Shown: piece after piece, positions 41,963-49,921 of the stretch
Layout of the letters: each line of letters begins with the position of its first letter
Position numbering within the stretch: the first letter of the stretch is position 1
Source: Vicinamibacterales bacterium
Lineage (GTDB): Bacteria; Acidobacteriota; Vicinamibacteria; Vicinamibacterales; 2-12-FULL-66-21
Length of the DNA stretch: 64,000 bases
Assembly: GCA_035463475.1 (NCBI GenBank)
Contig: DATHTE010000123.1
Span: forward strand, 91,775 to 155,774
Direction: 5' to 3'
Notes under the pieces: generated by a model
The model's database searches: none
What the model was told of the DNA's origin: nothing
Seen by the model: only the letters and a program-made list of their open reading frames with translations
Program-made: the position numbers and the translations under genes

Positions 41963-44319
41963 GCGGTGTTCACCAGAGAACGCCCGGCGATCGCCCGTCG
42001 GCGTCTCGGGTACACGTCCCTCGCGGTCGCGTCCCCTTCGGTGATGCTGACCGTGTTGTCCGCGGGAATCGGGCCCTCCAGCCGCTGCCGCAGGCCGCTC
42101 GGCCACCAGATCTCGATTGCGTCCACCTGCGTAGAGGTGCCGAGCCCAAAGTGCTGCTCGAACGGAAGGCAGCCGAACTGCGATCCGCCGGAGACCAGCC
42201 GGTGCTGCTCGCGCCCGCCAGCCTCGATCTTCACCCGCGCGCCGATCGCGCTTCGATTGCTCTTCGTCCCGACCAGCCGCACGTTCAGGTAGTGGCCCAG
42301 CCGCTCCTTCGGGCAGAACGCGCCGACCGTCAGGAGGTCCCCCGGATAGGCGCCGCCGCTCGCCACGATCAGCGTCATCCGGCCGTCGCCGAACAGGTCG
42401 GCGATATTGACGCCGTGCGACTTGCCGGTGATCGGCAGGCCGGCGGTGAAGGTGACGTCACGAAACCGATCGGCGCTGCCTTCGAGGAGCGTGAGCGGCT
42501 CCACGCGTTCCATGCGAGGGCTGCCGTTCCCCAGGATGATCTCCGAGTAGCCGTCATTGTTGAGGTCGGCGGCATTGCCGCTCATGCTGCCCCAGCAGCC
42601 CGTGATGCCGAGCTCGCGGCTGCGCAGCGTGAACGTTCCGTCGCGATTGTTGCGCCAGACGCGTACGGGTTCGCCGTCGGGCGGCCCCTCGCCGTACTCG
42701 AGCGTGTGGATGACGTCTTCGGAATCCGACCAGACGTTCTGCACCAGGTCGAGCCAGCCGTCGTTGTCGTAATCGATCCAGTAACAGATGCTGCCCAGGC
42801 CGTAGGCGTCCAGGCCCGACTCGCGGCTGACGTCGGTGAACGTGCCGTCGCCGTTGTTGTGGAACAACTGCGAGCGGCCGATCGAGTTGCTGACGAAGAG
42901 GTCCGGGCGGCCGTCGTTGTCGTAGTCACCCCAGGCGGACCCGATCGTCGGCCACTCGGTGATGAGCCCCGCGCGGTCGGTGACGTCGGTGAACGTGCCG
43001 TCGCCGTTGTTGTGGAACAGGCGGTTCCTCGTCTTCCGCTCGAAGAGGGAGCCGAGGTTGAAGGCGACGTAGAGATCGAGGCGGCCGTCCAGGTCGTAAT
43101 CGACCCAGTGCGCGGTGAAGGCTGGTCCCCATCCGGACAGGCCGGAACCCTGGGTGACGTCGGTGAAGGTGCCGTCGCCGTTGTTGTGGTACAGCGAGCA
43201 GTCCCCGCTGAAGAACCCGTTCCTCGTGACGAAGACGTCCGGGTGGCCGTCGTTGTCGTAGTCGCCGATGGTCGTGATGAACGCCGTCAGGCAGGTGTCC
43301 ATTCGCGACGGAATCGACACGTCGGTGAAGGTGCCGTCGCCGTTGTTCCGGTACAGCGTGCAGCCGCCGTGCGCCGCGGCCACGAGCACGTCGAGCCAGC
43401 CGTCCCCGTCGTAGTCGAACACCGCGGTGCCGCGGCCGCCGCTCGTCTTGTCGAGGCCGGCTCGCGACGCGATGTCCTCGAGCCTCAGCATCGATGGTTG
43501 ACGCCCGGAATGCACCTGCATCCGCATGTCGGCCGGCACATCCGGGGCGTAGCCGCCGCTCTTCTCGGCCGCCAACCACAGGAGCAGGCGTGTCCTGGGA
43601 CTCGACCCGTTGAGGCGCATGGCATCCATCGCGTACCGCCCGGCGTCGGCGAAGCGCCCCGCGCGGAATGCCGCCACCGACAGTTCGTGAAGCGCCTGCG
43701 GCCGGACTCGAGCGTCGGCTTCGGCAATCAGCAGCTCGTGAATCGCCTCGTGGTGCAGACCGCACTTGATATAGGTCCGCCCCAGCTCGAGCCGCGCGAC
43801 CGCGTCGCCGGGCGATCGCTCGAGCCGCCGGCGGTATCGCTCGATGAGTTCGCGATACTGCAGCGTCACGTAGACGTGGGCATCGTCGAAGACCTCGCGC
43901 ACGTTGGCGAGGAACGTGCCGAATGCCCCGTCCGGCGACGTGTGATGGCTCGCGAACGCGCGCAACGCCTGCTGAACGGCCAGCGATCCGGAGGACAGGA
44001 ACACGTCGAGCCCGCGGAGCGCGCCGCGCGGCCCGTTCACCCCGGTGAACGACTCGCGAACGTCCTGCACGGCCTCGCTCAACACGACCGGCGTGTCCTC
44101 GGGCGTCGCCATCGACACGAGCCGCGTCACGCGGTTGCTCACCTCTGACACGGCGCCGTCGACGTTGCGCGGGCCGGAGGCGTCTACCGCGATGCGGTCC
44201 TCGACGTCGCCAGGCCGCAGCGCGGAGCGGACCTGCCGGATCGCGCCGTCGAGGAGCCAGAGTCCCGTCTCGATGAGATCCGTGGACTCGCGGACGGTCG
44301 CCAGGAATCGGTTGGCCAT
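41959..44319 (-). CDS. Signal-less TPR + FG-GAP/VCBS + ASPIC/UnbV (CRTAC1-type) protein, 786 aa
   Basis: The N-terminal roughly 300 aa are helical/TPR-like (LELGRTYIKCGLHHEAIHEL) with no signal peptide. Then repeated DYDGDGWLD...LYRNNGDGTFTDV units and C-terminal NRSAIGARVKIEAGG...FGLG...IWWPSG. Paralog of 49914..52268. Confidence 0.85.
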   Translation of the reverse strand: MANRFLATVRESTDLIETGLWLLDGAIRQVRSALRPGDVEDRIAVDASGPRNVDGAVSEVSNRVTRLVSMATPEDTPVVLSEAVQDVRESFTGVNGPRGALRGLDVFLSSGSLAVQQALRAFASHHTSPDGAFGTFLANVREVFDDAHVYVTLQYRELIERYRRRLERSPGDAVARLELGRTYIKCGLHHEAIHELLIAEADARVRPQALHELSVAAFRAGRFADAGRYAMDAMRLNGSSPRTRLLLWLAAEKSGGYAPDVPADMRMQVHSGRQPSMLRLEDIASRAGLDKTSGGRGTAVFDYDGDGWLDVLVAAAHGGCTLYRNNGDGTFTDVSIPSRMDTCLTAFITTIGDYDNDGHPDVFVTRNGFFSGDCSLYHNNGDGTFTDVTQGSGLSGWGPAFTAHWVDYDLDGRLDLYVAFNLGSLFERKTRNRLFHNNGDGTFTDVTDRAGLITEWPTIGSAWGDYDNDGRPDLFVSNSIGRSQLFHNNGDGTFTDVSRESGLDAYGLGSICYWIDYDNDGWLDLVQNVWSDSEDVIHTLEYGEGPPDGEPVRVWRNNRDGTFTLRSRELGITGCWGSMSGNAADLNNDGYSEIILGNGSPRMERVEPLTLLEGSADRFRDVTFTAGLPITGKSHGVNIADLFGDGRMTLIVASGGAYPGDLLTVGAFCPKERLGHYLNVRLVGTKSNRSAIGARVKIEAGGREQHRLVSGGSQFGCLPFEQHFGLGTSTQVDAIEIWWPSGLRQRLEGPIPADNTVSITEGDATARDVYPRRRRAIAGRSLVNTA

Positions 44320-44326
44320 GGGCGGT

Positions 44327-44896
44327 TCAGACCCTCTTCAGCGGGCGCGGGATCGTGTAGTAAACGGAGGCGATGGCGCAGCCGAAGCTCGGCGTGTCCG
44401 CCCTTGGAATGGGACGGCCCGCCAGCAGGCATACGACCGCCGGTTCGAGGTACGCCTCGTACTCGTTGTCTTCGGGGTACTTGAAATTGTCGATGGCCCC
44501 CCGGTAGACGAGGCGGCTTTCGGCGTCCACGAGAAAGGCGCGCGGCGTCTGCTGCGTGAACAGTTGGCGGGCGACCGCCGTTCCGGTGTCGTAGAGCGTC
44601 GGGAACACCAGCCCGCGCGCGGCGAGCGCCGCGCGCACGTCATCGGCCGTTTCGTCCTGTCGCGACGCAATCGCCGCGAACGCCAGCTCGGGATGCTGCT
44701 CGGAGAACTCGTTCAGGTACCGGTCGTACCGCGCGCAATGCGAGCACACGCTCGACCAGAACACCAGGACGGCGCCGCGGCCGCGCGCGGCCATCTCGTG
44801 CAGCCGCCAGGGTCCGTGCGGCGGCGTGACGAACGAGAGCGCGAAGTCGGGCAGGATGGTTCCGATTGCTTGCTCGGTGCGTTGCTCCGGCGACAT
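44327..44896 (-). CDS. Thioredoxin-fold (redoxin/TlpA-like) protein with CxxC and a conserved C-terminal GC motif, no signal peptide
   Basis: GGAGG upstream of ATG 44896. VLVFWSSVCSHCARY (CxxC), TPRAFLVD, C-terminal TPSFGCAIASVYY. About half of the residues are identical to the 49349..49921 protein by eye. Confidence 0.8.
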   Translation of the reverse strand: MSPEQRTEQAIGTILPDFALSFVTPPHGPWRLHEMAARGRGAVLVFWSSVCSHCARYDRYLNEFSEQHPELAFAAIASRQDETADDVRAALAARGLVFPTLYDTGTAVARQLFTQQTPRAFLVDAESRLVYRGAIDNFKYPEDNEYEAYLEPAVVCLLAGRPIPRADTPSFGCAIASVYYTIPRPLKRV

Positions 44897-44914
44897 TCGA
44901 TCAGCCCTCCTCGA

Positions 44915-45928
44915 TCACACCTGTCGCTCCGTCACGCCAGACGCCACCGCGACGGCCCGCCCCGAGGGTGCGAGCAGCCAGAGCCCGACCGCGCTCACGA
45001 CACCCATCGCGGCGATGCCGGCCCACTGCGCGGGAGACGGCCGGACCTGGGCCACCGTGGCGGCGAATTGTATCAGGCAGAGCGCGCCGATGATCCGCAG
45101 GAGCAGGACGCGCGAGATGCGGGCCGCGATGTACGCGCCGGCCGGTGCGCCGAAGATCACGATCGGCATGGCCGCGAGCCATTCCGGGAACACCGCCGGA
45201 TCGACGCCGGCCGTGACCGCGCGAAGCAGGAGCCCGACGGGAGCCATCAGCGCTGTGGCGCACACCGCCGTCGGGACCGCGGCCTTCGGATGCCAGCCGA
45301 AGCGCAGCACGAGCGTCGCGTACACGACCATCTCAGGTCCGACGCCGATGAGCGACATCACCGCGCCGCCCACGATGCCGACCGCGATCCCGATGGGCAC
45401 GACCTCGCGACCAGGGGCCGGCATCGACGGACCCGCGACGTCCTGCGCTGCTGCGCCGGTGGCGAGCCAGGCGCCGAACGTGATCCAGAGCGTGGCGAAC
45501 AGGAGCTTCACCCAGTCGGCGGGCACGCGGCCGGCGAGCGCGAAGGTGCCGAACGTCAGGCCGGCAGCGGCGCCCACGCAGGCCCAGGTGAGCAGGCGAT
45601 GCTCGACCGGAATGCGGCGCACGAGGATGAACAGCAGCGCCGACGACATGCCGACCGACTGGATCGCCAGGCCGAAATCGCGGGCCATCGCCGGCGAATA
45701 CTGGAACCCGAGGACGAGCGCGGGAAACGAGACCGTGCCGCCGCCCATCGGCGTCGATCCGGCGACGAGCGACCCGCCGATCATGATGAGCGCCATCGGC
45801 CAGTGGAGAAGCGCCACCAGCCACGCGCCGGGCCGCGTGACGAGCAGGATCCAGACGACCAGCCAGAAGGCGACGTAGGCGTGCCACACGCGCGCGCGCG
45901 CCAGTGCATCGTGCACGCGCGAGTTCAC
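44915..45928 (-). CDS. TauE/SafE-family anion (sulfite/sulfonate-type) permease
   Basis: GTG at 45928 (GTGA overlap). Multi-TM protein with GGSLVAGSTPMGGGTVSFPALVLG and IVGGAVMSLIGVGPEM, the duplicated Gly-rich TauE motifs. Start uncertain (GTG 45916 is also possible). Confidence 0.75.
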   Translation of the reverse strand: MNSRVHDALARARVWHAYVAFWLVVWILLVTRPGAWLVALLHWPMALIMIGGSLVAGSTPMGGGTVSFPALVLGFQYSPAMARDFGLAIQSVGMSSALLFILVRRIPVEHRLLTWACVGAAAGLTFGTFALAGRVPADWVKLLFATLWITFGAWLATGAAAQDVAGPSMPAPGREVVPIGIAVGIVGGAVMSLIGVGPEMVVYATLVLRFGWHPKAAVPTAVCATALMAPVGLLLRAVTAGVDPAVFPEWLAAMPIVIFGAPAGAYIAARISRVLLLRIIGALCLIQFAATVAQVRPSPAQWAGIAAMGVVSAVGLWLLAPSGRAVAVASGVTERQV

Positions 45929-47505
45929 GGAGCGTGCCTCCGGTAGAGGATCAGGAACAGGATCAGGGCGCCGATTGCGGCGAACAGGCCCGCGCCGACC
46001 GGGTCCGCCCATGTCACGCCCGACGCGATGAGCGCCGGCGTGGCGAGCCCGATTGCCGCCAGCGCCAGCAGCAGGGAGCCGACGACCGACATCCGCGGCC
46101 CCGCCGCGTCCGCGCGCCGCTCGGCCGCCAACGGGCCGGACGCGAGCGCGGTGATCAGCCGCCACCCGGCTTCGCGGACCGATCTCGCGGTGGTTGGCGA
46201 CACGCCGGTGAGCGTCTCAACCTGCGAGGCGATCAGTCGGATCTGCAGGGTCTCGAGCGTGTTGCGGAGAACGTCGGCTTCGGCGCCCATTGCGGTGGCC
46301 GCGCTGACCGCCGCGAGGCAGCCCCGGTAGAACGACACGAGGCGTGGCTTCGGCTGGTAGCCGTGCTCGACCGCGATGCGCCAGTGCAGCAGAAGCTGCG
46401 CCAGCAGCTCGCTGCCCCCCGCCGCATCCGAGTCGACGCTCCATGCGTGGCGGATTCGCCGCTCGAAGCCCGCCCCGTCCACGCCGCGCTGCGGCACCAG
46501 CTCGCGTTTCAGGTAGCGGATGGCCAGGTCCGGGTCGCCGGCCGCCACGGCGACGAGGTACGTCTGCAGCGTCATCTGCGCGTCGGTCGGCAGGCTCGTG
46601 AACAACCGCCCGCCGAGCGCGACCTGGCGGCGCCCGGCGATGATGAAGTCGGCCGGCGACGGCTCTTCCGGGAACGCGCGTCCGAGCAGCGCCTGGCGGA
46701 CCCAGGCGCGGCACGCGCTCGCCGCGGTCTCAGGGACATCGAGGCCAGGCGTGTCCCACGGCACGGCCGCGACCTCGTCCCAGACCGCGACACGGCGCGA
46801 CGACAACCGGGGGTGCGGCCGGCGCGCGCGCAGCGGCGGAAACCGCCGCGCATCGGCCACGAGCGCGTCGCTGGCGGTGACGTCGGCGGAGAGATCCAGC
46901 AAGCGGCGCGCGTGAGCGCGGTACTCCTCGACGGCGAGATCGAACACGTGCCGGCCGCCGAGCGCCGGCGCCAGGGCCGTCGACAGCCTGGGCAGCAGGT
47001 GCAGCTCGCGGTCGAGGCGTGCCTCGAACGAGCGCGGGATGCACGTCACCACCACCGCGTCGGTCGGCGACAGCCACGCGCGGTGCGACTGGGTCGGAAA
47101 CCGCGTCTCGAACGGCTTCTCGTCGAAGGCGACGCACACCCGCTCGATCCGCCGGCGCCAGCCGGCTTCCACGACTTCCTGGATTTCCGGCCAGGGCGCG
47201 GGGGCGACCCGGTCGGCCACGCGCGCGAAATCCGCGCGCAGGCCAGCCGGCGTCACGTCCGCACGCGTGGCAAGAAAACGCGCGAACCCGGCGAAGACCG
47301 GCCCGAGCTCCGTCAGGAGCCGCAGGAGTTCATCCGCCGCCCCTTCGGCGCTCGCCAGCTCGCGCACGTCCCTCGCCACGGCCTCGAGCCGCCGCTTCGT
47401 TTCCTCGGGGCTCTCGACCCAGTGCGCGGCTACGGGCGCGGGGAGGACTTCGAGCGTCTCACCCATCGCCGTGGACGCGGGAAGGACTTCGACCGTCTCA
47501 CTCAT
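45925..47505 (-). CDS. ABC1/UbiB-like pseudokinase (second copy), two C-terminal TM helices
   Basis: ATGA overlap at 47502-47505. LGPVFAGFARFLATRADVTP in place of KxGQ. VVVTCIPRS in place of VAVKVQRPG. No HxDxHPxN or DFG motif. Same length class as the 25446 protein. Confidence 0.7.
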   Translation of the reverse strand: MSETVEVLPASTAMGETLEVLPAPVAAHWVESPEETKRRLEAVARDVRELASAEGAADELLRLLTELGPVFAGFARFLATRADVTPAGLRADFARVADRVAPAPWPEIQEVVEAGWRRRIERVCVAFDEKPFETRFPTQSHRAWLSPTDAVVVTCIPRSFEARLDRELHLLPRLSTALAPALGGRHVFDLAVEEYRAHARRLLDLSADVTASDALVADARRFPPLRARRPHPRLSSRRVAVWDEVAAVPWDTPGLDVPETAASACRAWVRQALLGRAFPEEPSPADFIIAGRRQVALGGRLFTSLPTDAQMTLQTYLVAVAAGDPDLAIRYLKRELVPQRGVDGAGFERRIRHAWSVDSDAAGGSELLAQLLLHWRIAVEHGYQPKPRLVSFYRGCLAAVSAATAMGAEADVLRNTLETLQIRLIASQVETLTGVSPTTARSVREAGWRLITALASGPLAAERRADAAGPRMSVVGSLLLALAAIGLATPALIASGVTWADPVGAGLFAAIGALILFLILYRRHAP

Positions 47506-49193
47506 CTCGTTTGTCGCGCGAGCTCTATTGCGAGGGCCACCAGAGCGACCGATCCGACGGCCAGTTCCGCGGTGCCCAGGTTCAAGCCGGCGTGGAGCGG
47601 GGTCGGCGCGTTCGACACGCTCACCGCGCAGGCGAGCGCCGCCGCGCCGAGCTGCAGGGCCGCCGCCGCGGCCCGGGACCGCAGGCGCCGCAGCGTCGCC
47701 ACGGTGCCAAGCCCGCGGCTCGCCAGCGAACGCCCCGATTCGACGGCCCGCAGCGCGGCCGCCCACCCGGCGAAAAGAAGCTGCCGGCTCGACTCGGCCT
47801 CCAGCGTCGCCAGGGAGGCCTGCTCGATCTCGTGACCGAGCTCCAGGTCCGGCGCGAACCGGTGGATCACGCCGTCCAGCGTCATCACCGATCGAATGTA
47901 TTTGACGACTTCGCGCTCGGGCAGCATCGCCGTCTGCCGCGACAACCCGAGCATCTCGACCATCACCAGCGCCGCGGGCTTGCGAAGCCGCGTGCCCCCC
48001 GGCCCGCCGTACCATCCGTCCGCCATCGCCTCGAGACCGGTCCGAAACGCAACCGGATCGGCGTCCGGGCGCGGCACGACCAGCTTCAGGAAACTCCGGT
48101 GAAGGTCGTCGACGTCGCGCCGCACGAGGGCGAGCGTCATCGCGGCGAGCCAGCTTCGCGCGTAGGGACCGATGCTGCCTGCGATGCCGAAGTCCACGTA
48201 GCCGACCACGTTGCCCGGCAGGATGAGCAGGTTGGCCGGGTGCAGGTCGGCATGGAACAGCCCGTGGTGAAACGAGTCTGTCGTGAAGTTGAAGATAATC
48301 TGGCGCCCGAAATTGCCCGGGTCGAAGCCCTGCTCCTTGAGCCGATCGACCAGCTCGCGGTCGTTCGACTCGACGGCCCGCATGTAGGTGGCCATCGGCA
48401 CGCCGTCGAGATATTCGGTGACGAGCACGCGCCGCGTGGTCAGCCCCATGAAAACTTCGGGTATCCGCACGCCTGTCCGGCCAGCTGACTGGCGGCGCAC
48501 GAGCGAGATGTGCCGCGCCTCGCGACGGAAGTCGAGTTCCTCGTCGGTCCAGGCGGCGAACTCCCGGATCGGTTCGTCGAGCCAGTACAGCGGCCGGACG
48601 CGGAGTGCCCTGATGACACGAAGCAGGATCAGCATCATCCTGACGTCCGCCCGGAATTGCCGCTCGACCCCCGGTCGCTGGACTTTGACGGCGACCAGGC
48701 GCCCGTTCAGACGCGCCACGTGCACCTGCGCAATCGACGCGGTTGCGAGCGGTTGGGGGTCCATCGCCTCGAGCCGGCTGGCGGCGGGACCGAGCTCATC
48801 CGCAATGGTCTGCCGCACGACGTCGACCGGTACCGGCGCGACGCGGTCCAGCAGATCGAGCAACTGCGTGGCGTACCCGAGGGGCAGCAGATCCGGTTGG
48901 ACGGCGAGCACCTGGCCGAACTTCACGAAGCTGCCGCCGAGATCTTCGAGGAGCACGCGAAACCGCATCGGGCCGGCGAGGTGCGGGGTCCCGAAGCGGG
49001 ATGAGAGCCACCGCCATCCCAGTCGGTCGGCGGCGGCGGCCATCAGGTGGCGGCCGAGCACACCGGCGACGTGGCGCATCCGGCCGATCCAGACGAGAAT
49101 CCCGGCTGCCTGCGCCGCCGCGGAAGGCGCAGGAGCAGGGCGGGCCATCTCGTCGGTCGCAACGATTTGTGACTGTTCGGTCGTGTCAACCAT
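47502..49193 (-). CDS. ABC1/UbiB-family atypical protein kinase (second canonical copy)
   Basis: GGSFVKFGQVLAVQPDLLP, ASIAQVHVARLNGRLVAVKVQRPG, FHADLHPANLLI, YVDFGIAG. ATG at 49193 is preferred over TTG at 49220. Confidence 0.9.
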   Translation of the reverse strand: MVDTTEQSQIVATDEMARPAPAPSAAAQAAGILVWIGRMRHVAGVLGRHLMAAAADRLGWRWLSSRFGTPHLAGPMRFRVLLEDLGGSFVKFGQVLAVQPDLLPLGYATQLLDLLDRVAPVPVDVVRQTIADELGPAASRLEAMDPQPLATASIAQVHVARLNGRLVAVKVQRPGVERQFRADVRMMLILLRVIRALRVRPLYWLDEPIREFAAWTDEELDFRREARHISLVRRQSAGRTGVRIPEVFMGLTTRRVLVTEYLDGVPMATYMRAVESNDRELVDRLKEQGFDPGNFGRQIIFNFTTDSFHHGLFHADLHPANLLILPGNVVGYVDFGIAGSIGPYARSWLAAMTLALVRRDVDDLHRSFLKLVVPRPDADPVAFRTGLEAMADGWYGGPGGTRLRKPAALVMVEMLGLSRQTAMLPEREVVKYIRSVMTLDGVIHRFAPDLELGHEIEQASLATLEAESSRQLLFAGWAAALRAVESGRSLASRGLGTVATLRRLRSRAAAAALQLGAAALACAVSVSNAPTPLHAGLNLGTAELAVGSVALVALAIELARQTR

Positions 49194-49223
49194 CGTTGTT
49201 TGTGCACCGCTCCCGCGCAAGGA

Positions 49224-49239
49224 GTGGTAACCTTACCAC
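49224..49239. promoter_or_regulatory. Perfect 16-bp palindrome GTGGTAACCTTACCAC in a 155-bp divergent promoter region
   Basis: The 7-2-7 inverted repeat was read directly: GTGGTAA (49224-49230) / TTACCAC (49233-49239). It is locally AT-richer than the surroundings. It lies between the divergent operon starts at 49193 (minus) and 49349 (plus). Confidence 0.5.
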
Positions 49240-49348
49240 AGACACAGACGGCATCTGTAGATCGTGATCCGCCCATCCTCCATCGATGGGTATTCGTGTG
49301 GTCACCGGCGTTGGCCACGCTCCACTTACGACAATCTGGCGGACCGAT

Positions 49349-49921
49349 ATGGACACGTCCACTGGACAGGCGATCGGGAGTATCGTCCCGGAGTTGAACC
49401 TGCCGGCCGTCTACACCGGCGTCGCGCGCTCGCTCGACGTGTGCCTGGCCGGGCGTCGCGGCGGTGTGGTCCTGTTCTGGTCGAGCGTCTGCACGCACTG
49501 CGTCCGTTACGACGCGTATTTCAACGGGCTCGAGGCGGCGCATCCGGAGCTGGCGTTCTACGCGGTCGCGACGCGGCACAGCGAAACCCTCGACGAGATC
49601 CGCAAGGCCCTGTCGGATCGCGGCCTGCGGTTTCCGCTCTATCACAGTCCCGACGGCGCGGCCGCCCGGGCGTACTTCGCGCAGCAGACGCCGCGCGTCT
49701 ACCTCGTCGATCCGCTCCGGACATTGCGGTATCGAGGCGCGGTGGACAACTTCAAGTATCCCGACGACCCTGAGTACGAGCCGTACCTGGAACGGGCGAT
49801 TGCGAGCTTCCTGGCGGGCGAAGCAATCGAGCGTCCCGAGACCAGCAGCTTCGGCTGCGCGGTCCGGTCGGTGTACTACGATCTGCCGAAGATGATCGAG
49901 CGCCCATCCACCCATGGCTGA
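49349..49921 (+). CDS. Thioredoxin-fold (redoxin/TlpA-like) protein, paralog of 44327..44896
   Basis: ATG at 49349. VVLFWSSVCTHCVRY (CxxC), TPRVYLVD, TSSFGCAVRSVYY. Confidence 0.8.
   Translation: MDTSTGQAIGSIVPELNLPAVYTGVARSLDVCLAGRRGGVVLFWSSVCTHCVRYDAYFNGLEAAHPELAFYAVATRHSETLDEIRKALSDRGLRFPLYHSPDGAAARAYFAQQTPRVYLVDPLRTLRYRGAVDNFKYPDDPEYEPYLERAIASFLAGEAIERPETSSFGCAVRSVYYDLPKMIERPSTHG

Noticed and set aside
42151-44148. 665-aa plus-strand ORF (and 49752..51566, 57248..58495, 59197..60783 and 61218..62933 on the opposite strands of CRTAC1 genes)
   Set aside because: These are shadow ORFs of the repetitive FG-GAP genes. The repeat periodicity creates long open antisense frames, and no independent motifs or RBS support them.
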